A DNA stretch of 63,666 bases, the filler included, from Reticulomyxa filosa (lineage: Eukaryota; Protista; Foraminifera): assembly GCA_000512085.1 (NCBI GenBank). It is 17 parts of 17 records of this genome, joined end to end, with 100 filler letters (N's around TTAATTAATTAA, not from the genome) between each part and the next. Parts side by side here need not be neighbours in the genome. Positions count along the whole stretch, not along the records: positions 1 to 2,277 come from ASPP01023243.1; positions 2,378 to 3,528 come from ASPP01000285.1; positions 3,629 to 6,306 come from ASPP01020471.1; positions 6,407 to 12,119 come from ASPP01021533.1; 13 more parts are not named here. The stretch is one strand, 5' to 3'. The notes under the pieces are model-generated. The model was not told the origin of the DNA, made no database searches, and saw only the letters and a list, made by a program, of their open reading frames with translations. Positions 1 to 9,643 of the stretch are shown here, one piece after another. How positions within the stretch are numbered: position 1 is the stretch's first letter; each line of letters starts with the position of its first letter. The position numbers and the translations under genes were made by a program.

Positions 1-149
1 CAATTAAATAGTTGTACAATATTAATGATATTCAAACGCACATGTACAACTTTAATAAATTTCTAACACATGTTTAAAAAGCAAGCAAATTGAATTATTC
101 AAATCATATAAATAATTTGACAATTGATTCACCAAAAAAAGGGAAATCA

Positions 150-1579
150 TCAATAAAATTTTATTATTGGTCCCCAAATACGAATTGTACCATTTCCTGA
201 ACCATAACACAGATTAACACCACAACCACAATTGTTATTATTGTTGCTGCTTTTTCCTTTCCTTTTCAATTGTAGAAATTTAAGAGAGTATATTCTATCA
301 TCTTTTGTAATATTTCCTTCAATCATATACAATTGATTTTATTTGATCGAATATCCCAAAATCGAATTGTATTATCATTTGATCCAGAGCATATCACATT
401 TGAATTACCACCAACTTCGATATTATTTACTACAAACGGTGAGTATTCGACAACATTCACATTATTTGTATGTCCATTAAACGCTTGAATTTGTTGACCA
501 GATCGAACGTCCCACAGACGAACGCTGTTATCATCTGATCCAGATAATATTGTATTAAATAATTCATTTAATCCATATTTTACACTCTTCACATAATCGT
601 CATGTCCTTTGAATACAATTAATTGTTTCATTGTTTCAATGTCCCATATTCGAATGGTATTATCATATGAGCCAGAACAAATTGTATATCCATTTCCACC
701 AATCACACCAATATTATTACTTTTATCACTGCCATTGCTGCTGTTGCTTTGCAATTGTGACATATGCACACATCTGACAGTCCCTGTATGTCCATTAAAA
801 GTATGTAATGATTTGGATGTTTCAACATCCCATAAACGAATAGTCCAATCATCAGATCCAGAACACAAATATCTACCACCACTAAATGATGAAAATTCAA
901 TGCTACTAACCCAGCTGGTGTGTTCATTGAACATTTTCAATTGTTGGTTTTCTCTGAAATCCCAGAAATTGAATTGTTTTGTCGAATGAAGAAGAACAAA
1001 TGACATTTCGACGATTGTTATGATAATGATATGGCGAAAATTTCACACAACACACTGTACTCAAATGTCCATTGAATGATTTGATTTGTCTGTTCATCTT
1101 TATGTCACATACACAAACTGTTTTATCTGATGATCCAGAACAAAGTAATTGACGGCCATCAAGTGTCGAATAATCAATACTATATACACTTCCAGTGTGC
1201 ATACTGAGTGCCTTGCGTAATTTAGATGATGAAAGAAATTCGTTAATCATAAATATGGTGGCAGCCTATGTTAAAGTAATGATTATCAATTATAAAAACA
1301 AATAAATTGTTGAATATTTTAATTTCAGTTAAATTGAAACTAAAAAACATAACATATTTGACAACGAGCTTGTCAAATTCGTGGATCCATCCAAATTTAA
1401 TATGTAATACTCGAATCCAATACGTAATGATTTTTTGGGTCTCTTCTTCTTCAGACTGATCCAATTAGAAACGTACAACAAAAGCCTAAAGATAATCAAG
1501 CTTTTTGAAAATTCGAAATGAAAGTTACCAATGTTGGTCGTACTGAAGCTCGTTTTTCGTTGCTGAGAGTATTTTTCAT
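150..1579 (-). pseudogene. WD40-repeat protein (expanded family), frameshifted: pseudogene or sequencing errors
   Basis: Multiple GH...WD repeats (GHLSTVCCVKFS, CSGSDDWTIRLWD, CSGSYDNTIRIWD, LSGSDDNSVRLWD) spread over ORFs 924-1250, 323-1006 and 150-332. An extra C near 965 (TTT-C-TGG) and a missing A near 340 break the frame. Two 5' introns. Confidence 0.85.
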
Positions 1580-2277
1580 TCTAAACATTTTAATTTTTCT
1601 TTTGAGATACGAAGATGAAAAATGTTTGAACTTTCTCATGAAAAACTCCCTCTTCAAACACGAACAAATTACATTATTAATTTGCACGAGATTGCTATTG
1701 CCAAATATTTCTAATCTTTTTTTAATTTTTTTATTGTTATGTAAATTCATTAACAAAAATACTTAAAAATGAACTTTGAACCTCTGGTGATAAGTAAATC
1801 AATTAATACTGCCTTCTATAGCTTTTACTTTTTTAAAAGATTTATTTTAAAACAAAAGAAAGTAATCAACCAAATTCGTTGTATGTTCTAAATATTTGAA
1901 ACTTACATACGTAACTCAACACAAAAAAAAAAAATAAAGTCTCAAAAGAACCACTTATTTATTGCTTGAAAAAAAACAGATTTCCTTTGTCGAAGGGTGA
2001 TGTCATAATTTCATCCATTTGTTGTTTTTTCCTATGTTTGTGTATGACTTTTCGTAATTGAATTTTTTGCTAGGATTTACTTTGTTTCACTCACTAGTGA
2101 ATTGAAAGATATTTAAAAAGTTGCATGATCTAATCTTTTGTGATCTGTCAACTAGGCTCTTATGAAAATATCAACCAATCAATAATATCACCACATTCAT
2201 AGAAACCGAATATTATGAAACTGGAATTCGTGATAAAGAAAAGCATATCATGTTTTACGTTATCGAGGCAAAGGCTT

Positions 2278-2377
2278 NNNNNNNNNNNNNNNNNNNNNNN
2301 NNNNNNNNNNNNNNNNNNNNNTTAATTAATTAANNNNNNNNNNNNNNNNNNNNNNNNNNNNNNNNNNNNNNNNNNNN
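2278..2377. other. Artificial contig linker
   Basis: N44-TTAATTAATTAA-N44, stops in all six frames, repeated identically 16 times. Confidence 0.98.
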
Positions 2378-2970
2378 AATATTTGTAATTGCTTATTATG
2401 TTCGAAATCCCAAAAACGAATGGTTTTGTCATATGATGAAGAACAAATGACATTTTGACGATGATTATGATATTGATATAATGAAAATTTCACACAATAC
2501 ACATCAGATGAATGTTCATTGAATGATTGAATTTGTTTGTTGTTATCAACATCCCATACACGAACTGTTTTATCATCTGATCCAGAGCAAATGAGTTGAC
2601 AATCATCAAATGTTGAATAATCAATACTACGCACAACTCTTGTATGTCCAGTGAATGTATTGGTTAATTTAGATGATGAGCAAAATGTTTCAAACATGAA
2701 GACAACAGATGTCTATGTTAAATAAACATTTAATATTTTGATCAGTATTTAAAAAAAGAAAGACAAATGAACTTACATAATTGACAACGAGTTTATCAAA
2801 ATCTTTGATCCACCCTAATTTAATATGTAATGTTCGAATCCAATAACGAATAATGATTTGGATCTCTTCTTCTTTTGGCTGTTTCAATTACATGTAATAA
2901 CGATAATTAAATAAAAAATAAAACGTAAAGACAGCTTAGACTTAACTTTCATTGATAAGTTTAAGTTCAT
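2378..2970 (-). CDS. WD40-repeat protein, 5' part (3' truncated by contig end)
   Basis: Paralogue of the 150-1579 gene: EEEIQIIIRYWIRTLHIKLGWIKDFDKLVVNY, intron, then GHTRVVRSIDYS...CSGSDDKTVRVWD...CSSSYDKTIRFWD. Confidence 0.88.
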
Positions 2971-3235
2971 TCTTGAGCTTTTTAGTTTTTATTGATATGT
3001 TTTTTGATGATGCAAGACGAAAAAAACGGTTGAACTTTTGTTTAAAAAATCAAAAACTGAACTACTGTGTACACAAGAAACATTTTGAAATGAAAGATAA
3101 ATGTTACATTTTGTAAAGCTTTTCAGAATAAATTGTAAGATATTTGAATAAGTGTTCGTATTTATAATTATTCCTTTAATGTTAACAATTTCAATTCAAT
3201 TTTCATATTTCATTAAAAATAGAGTTAGATCTTAC

Positions 3236-3528
3236 ACGCATTCAAACTCATAATTCAATTCTCTTTGAAACAATGCTTTAAATTTTCTACATCTTCTTCT
3301 TTCACATTTGGAAGATCAGGCCATTTTGTGTTATCATTATATTCACTAATTGCAATCATCATCACCAAGGCATTTTAATTGTTTTCATTCCAATTATTAT
3401 TGATTGCAATGGAGTCCAAATTACTTTATATGAAGATTGATTTTTTTAAAATTCTCTTTTCACATTTTGTCTGATTCAATAATATTATCTTTCATATTGG
3501 TCAAATCAAGCTTTACATTTTTATTTCC
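3236..3528 (-). pseudogene. Caspase-like (peptidase C14) N-terminal fragment, degenerate
   Basis: Manual translation with two frameshifts: KTIK/NALVMMIAISEYNDNTKWPDLPNVKEEDVEN/FKALFQRELNYEFEC then stop. Resembles the first strand and helix of a C14 domain; no catalytic residues present. Confidence 0.6.
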
Positions 3529-3628
3529 NNNNNNNNNNNNNNNNNNNNNNNNNNNNNNNNNNNNNNNNNNNNTTAATTAATTAANNNNNNNNNNNNNNNN
3601 NNNNNNNNNNNNNNNNNNNNNNNNNNNN
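3529..3628. other. Artificial contig linker
   Basis: N44-TTAATTAATTAA-N44. Confidence 0.98.
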
Positions 3629-3703
3629 TTTTTTTTTTTGGAAAAAAAGAAAAAGCAAGTGAAAGGGGTGATACCTTCGAACATCAAAACTACATAAAAA
3701 TAG

Positions 3704-4628
3704 GTGTCGGTAAATCGTGTTTATTGCTCCGATTTGCTGATGACACTTATACTGACTCGTATATAAGCACCATCGGAGTTGATTTCAAGATCAGAACTGT
3801 CGATTTAGGTTAGATTTTTGTGCTTCGTATTGAGCAACAAAAAAATAATAATTTTTTTTTGCGAGTTATTTCAAAAAAATTCGATATTTGACCACTAAAA
3901 AAAAACAAAAACAAATAGACACAAAGACGATAAAATTGCAGATTTGGGACACAGCAGGACAAGAAAGATTTCGAACAATAACATCGTCGTATTATCGTGG
4001 CGCTCATGGCATTATTATTGTGTACGACATAACAGACAAGGAATCATTTGACAATGTCAGACAATGGTTGTTTGAAATTGACCGTTATGCGAGTGAATCA
4101 GTATGCAAATTGTTGGTGGGAAATAAAGCTGATTTGAAAAATAAACGAGCTGTGGAATATGAGGTATTGTTTATGTTATTATAAAAATTGCGCTGCAGAT
4201 TTTTTTTATTTTTCTCGCTCCCCCACCCCCTCTTCCCCCCTTTTTAATAACACGTATAATAAATTTTTAAAAAAACAAAATTGCGAGCATTTTTTTACGG
4301 GCAAAAAAAAAAACAGACCGCAAAAGCCTTTGCAGACGAATTGAACATCCCATTTCTTGAAACGTCTGCTAAAAATGCCACAAACGTTGAACAAGCTTTC
4401 TTAACTATGGCCGCTCAAATTAAAAACAAGTAATTTGTCTACTGTTTATCTTGTGTTTATTTTTCTAAATCGCCTTTATGAAAAACATTGGCTAATGCAA
4501 ATGCACGACATTTCAAACACAACAACAGGATGCAAGCTCAACCCGCTCCACAAGCCAAGCCAGTGGTGAACATTGGAAACACAAAACAAGTGAAGAACGA
4601 AAGCGCGGGTTGTTGTTCCCTTATATAA
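3704..4628 (+). CDS. RAB1: Rab1 small GTPase (5' partial; exons 3704-3808, 3919-4163, 4317-4429, 4529-4628)
   Basis: [65 protein letters not shown]-terminal GCCSLI*. GT-AG introns splice in frame. Confidence 0.96.
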
Positions 4629-5317
4629 ACACATAAAACAAAATAAAAAATAAAAAATAAAAATTTAACGCTTCGAACGATTGCAATTCTTGTTGTTCTG
4701 TCGGGTAGTTTTTAAATTTTTGATCTACTAAACTCACACCACTTTCAAAAAAATTGAAGATACACTTCTCTTATTGAGACGAGCTTTTTTTGCCTTTTCA
4801 TTGTCTGTGCTTCAGAGAAAATTATTTTGTCCTTGTTCCATCTGGTTGCGCCATTACAATCATAATTATTTTGTTTTTGTATGAAAGTTTTTATTTTAAT
4901 GCCCTTGGCATAGGATGATGGATCGTTCACCGAGAGAAACATAACAAGTTTTTCTTGGTCATGATAGCCCTGTCCAATCGACAGCCTAATTTAATAAATA
5001 TACAAATAAAAATAGGTTTGCTATCAATCATCTAACACGACAAGTACTTAAAATAGATAACTATGCAAAAATGAAGCTTTTGGTACACCAACTAAAGTAA
5101 ATAACTGAAATATTGGACATGTACTTGATAATCAAAATGTCGAATGGCTACTTAAACTCTTGTAGTTTTTCCGAACTGTTTTCCAAAATAATTCATGTAA
5201 ACAGTTTTTTAAGAAATGGATACTGACGAAAAGACAACATATCTTCCACTTGAAAATACATAATGTACATAAAGCAGCTTGTTAAAAGGTTTCAGCAAAA
5301 AAAAAAATAAATTAGAC

Positions 5318-6306
5318 ATGGGGCTTCCATATTGCGATGAAGAAGTGAAAGTTTTTGCAGGATCTCGTCTTATAGTTATCAGGTGAAAAATGGTTTGTAA
5401 AGTTGTGGATTTTGTCTATTTTCTGCTGACTCTCTGGCGTTCCTTTTTCTAAAAAACTGTGAAAACGTGTCGTCAACGTAAAGCACAACACATAATACAG
5501 TATTTGCACGTTATGTCAATTCGTAGCTGCAGTGTACTCGTCTATACACATATCGCGCGATTTATCGGCCTCCTTACTTAATGCATCTTTCCTCACATAT
5601 CAATATTCGATATTCCTTTACGATCTAGGTAAGTCTAAAAAAAAAATACGATGAAGAAATAGATATACGTATATCCACATACATATATCAAAATACTTTT
5701 GTTGGTTTGTCTATTTGACTGCAACATAACAACAACAAAAGTCAATGCAATTCATTTTGGGATGGCGTTGCAATGGAAATGGGCGCTAGCTTATCCTTTA
5801 TATTGTAATATATTTCCTTGTTGAGTTCCTAATGTCTTAAGAGTTTCTATGGACACACATGCACATATGTATGTACATGTATATACAATATACACGCCCA
5901 ATATTGTATGTACTTACGTATACGTATGTTTTTTTTTTTTTTTTTAAAAAAAAAAAACCTTTGTCATTAGTTTTGACTTGGTCGATGTTGTCAATATCCG
6001 GAGGTGTGGACGCATTTTTTTGGGCCCAGCGATTGAAATGGATATTTCAACGGACGGCACTGGCGACATCACCACCCATCATCTCGGCGATAATTGTTTT
6101 GTGTTGCTTCGTCGCATTATCGGGGATTGTGATGGCCATACTTATGTCTACTGACAGCCATTGTGCAGAAAAAGTTATCACTCTGGATTTTAATCCATTT
6201 GGCACTGATGAATTATTTGTTTGCTATGGATGGAAGCGTTGGAATGAAAGGGCCTATACTATTCTTGGTACGTCACTTCACTAAATACTACAAAAAAAAA
6301 AAAAAA
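5318..6306 (+). CDS. Multi-pass membrane protein, uncharacterised (3' partial)
   Basis: Spliceable exons give MGLPYCDEEVKVFAGSRLIVIS/ICTLCQFVAAVYSS..., then hydrophobic segments such as IISAIIVLCCFVALSGIVMAILM. Confidence 0.5.
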
Positions 6307-6406
6307 NNNNNNNNNNNNNNNNNNNNNNNNNNNNNNNNNNNNNNNNNNNNTTAATTAATTAANNNNNNNNNNNNNNNNNNNNNNNNNNNNNNNNNNNNNN
6401 NNNNNN
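6307..6406. other. Artificial contig linker
   Basis: N44-TTAATTAATTAA-N44. Confidence 0.98.
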
Positions 6407-6452
6407 TTTTTTTTTTTTGTTATGAATTACCTCCAAACTCCTAATTCGGACA

Positions 6453-9190
6453 ATGTTTGTAATACCACTTAGTTACAATCCAGAAACAGAAGATGTTGAC
6501 TTGATCGAACAGCGTCGTAAAAGGCCATATACAATAGGGCAAAGAGTGACACTGAAAAGTGAGGACGGTGGGTGCCAAGAAGGGATAATTCGAGACTATT
6601 TGTTGAAAGAAAGAGCATCACAAATATGGTTAGAAAACGGAGAAGTGACAACACTTGTATTGGAGAAAATGGATCCCAGTTCATGGAGTTATCACACGGA
6701 AGGGATTCATGTCTGGTCATTGATCGATGAGTTGGTGCTGCTGTCACAGCCAACAGCAGTGGAGAAACTGATGGAATGGAGTCCAATTCCATTGGCAAAG
6801 CAGATCGGTGCCATTGTCGAATGTCGGCGTGATGTGTTCAAGAACAGTTCAGAACCGCCTGCCGAGTCCACAGCCCCTCAATATTGTGTGGGCAAAATTA
6901 CAAGCTTCGACCCGATTTCTCGAAGATCGCGAGTGGTTTATGGCACTGCTGCTACCGATGCCAGCGAGTGGTGTTGGTTCGTTTTTTTTTTTGTTTTTTT
7001 TTGTTTTTGGTAAACTTGAGTGATCAATCATTTTTTTGATTGGTTGCAAAGATCAGTAACAACACAACAAAGTCTGTGGCAACCAATCAAAATTGCAATA
7101 TGTGTTCATTTTGTGGACTAGGGGAACATCAAACAAAATCCGGGAGTTGCAAATGGGAAAAAAAGAGATCAAAGAATTGATCAGAAAATTTGCTGTTGTT
7201 AGTGTGAAAGAAGAGCACTTGCCACCAACATTTGACCCAACCGTTTATAGGTTGCCCAGTGGTTTTACACTTGTGTCCGCGCCGACCCATCGCTATCCAA
7301 CCCGCTTTAAAAAAGTTTCGTATTATGTTACTGGTGCAAATTTCTTTTCTTTTTTTTCTCCTTTTTCCAACAACACAAAAATGTTAACTGTAAAAAAAAA
7401 AAAAGCGGTGTCGATATCAAAGAATTTCGTTTGATCAATCTTATCATGACGAATATCAACAAAACAATGAGTTCTCAGGATGGGATGAATTAGAGTTTTG
7501 TCATTACTTTTTTAAAAAAAACTGTAATTTCGCAGGTGCACTGGCATTATGTGCAAATAAATATTTTTTTTTCACAAAAAAAAAAAAGTTATGAAATATC
7601 TCTCAATCTCAAAAGAAGAAACGTGGATGGATCGATTTTTGGTTTGTTTGGAATTTTTTATTTTTTAACACTTGTCTTTTGTGTGTGTGATTTGGGTTGG
7701 ATGAAAGAAAAATTGCTTCTTTTTTTTGTTTTGGAATGTGGATGTCCTTTTGGTTTGAAATTCATAGAACCACCCAAAAAAAAACCAAGATTGTCAAAAC
7801 GTAATACGAAATCAATTGAAGAAGAAAAACGTGGTATGTTGAAGTAGCTGTCTTTTTTTTTTTGCAGTTTATTAACCTGATTGTTTTTTTTTCTTTTATT
7901 TCTCAGTCAAGCGATAGCCAAGGAAGAGGAACAAAGCAAAGAAATATTGAAATGTTTGAGTAGCGAAGAAGTAGATATTCATTATCCACGTGAAGTGACA
8001 CTCGACGACAAGACGTATACGAGAAAGTATGATCGAAGGTCTAAGAGATACCTCTATTATTGTGGTGGACATAGCTTTCCTGTTGAGTGCACTTTGCAAA
8101 TTGCACATTGTTTTCGATCTCGATTTACTTGCAAAAAAAAAAAACGAATCAAAAAAAAAAAAGAAAAGGGAAATAAAATAAATAAATAGAATCCGTGGCA
8201 TAAACACAAATGCGTTGCACCTTTTGACACCTCAAGTGGCTTATATCATCGAATATATTCCCCAGCAAACAAATGCTTTCGTTGGAGAAATTTTGTCACC
8301 AACGACTGGCAGGACCATAAGCCTTCCGATGAATCATGTGCACCTATTGTACCTGAATCAGTCCTTGCTATTGAAGAAAATAATAGGTATTTTTGAAAAC
8401 TACATATTACACATTGCATAATTGTAAGATGATATTGTTTACTGTGGTATAGCAGTAAATCTTCAAAAAAAAAAAAAGTCAAAGACCAAGGCAAACAGAA
8501 AAGATAAAAAAAAAGATACACCAATTGATAGTCCAATAGCGAATGAAAATTCACAGCCGTTTCCAGTAGTGAACAGTATAACAAAGTAAGCAGTTTGTCT
8601 TGCTTAAATAGCTAAACAAATAAAACACTGTTTTTTAAATGGTAATTGTTTGGATAGTGACGACGAAAAAGACCAAAAAGCAAGTCCAGTACAATCAAAA
8701 AACACAACAATGGAAAATTATGTCAGCTACGATGATCTAGACAAGTTATATCCAGTACAAGTTTGTTTTGACGGAATTGATTATACACGTAAATATCATT
8801 TTCAATCCAAACGATATTTGTATGTCGCTAAAGACCATAAAACAGCAGTTGAGTGCGGTTTTCTTAAAGTCTTTCGTTAACAAATGTATTGCAATTAATG
8901 AATATCTTTACGCATCAATTGATCTGTTCCTATAGAATCCTTGGCACAGACACAATCAAGTGGCACCCTTTGACACCAACGAAGGTTTATTTCATCGATT
9001 TTATATGTTCAGTGAAAAACGCTATCGTTGGCAAAATTTCCAATCCAAAGAATGGCGAGACGACAAGCCTCCAGACGAACTTTGTGCACCTGTTCCCTTG
9101 CCTCCAAAAACTCCTGTGAAATTAAAGACGAAAACAGAAGAGGCCTCCAAGGATGGAGTAGATGGAGTAGATGGAGCAGATGGAGTATAA
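6453..9190 (+). CDS. Uncharacterised multi-exon protein with Tudor-like barrels and a duplicated aromatic-rich module (5' partial)
   Basis: IGQRVTL...EGIIRDY and IGAIVEC...VGKITSFDPISRRSRVVYG...SEW resemble Tudor/SH3-like barrels. Two clearly homologous modules at ~7970-8355 and ~8735-9105. Confidence 0.6.
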
Positions 9191-9643
9191 AATTTTGAAA
9201 TATATTTTGATAAGAAAAAAAGAGTTCTGTCATATTACGACTATTTTTTTCTAACTTTGATATTTTTCACATGAAAGCAATGTGTTTTTCATCATTAAAA
9301 ATTTTTGATAATTTTTAAAGAAAAAGTAATTAAGATTGCAAATGGAAATTGATAAGCAAAGTGTTCTTACATTTTTTGATCTTATATATCCATTTCATGT
9401 AATTACATTTTAAAACCTTTCCGATATGCTCAGTTCTAATAGTGATAATTTTTACTCGTTTCTTTTCCTTCTGCTTCAATGGCAAGCATCAATTCAAACA
9501 AAATACACAAGAAAAAATGACATTTACAAAAAAAAAAGACACTCCCGACGAGTGATTATTTTTGTTATTATTGATATATGGAGAGCTTTTTTTATTGATA
9601 GCCAAGAGCTCTATTTCATCACACAACACAAAAAAAATTTTTT

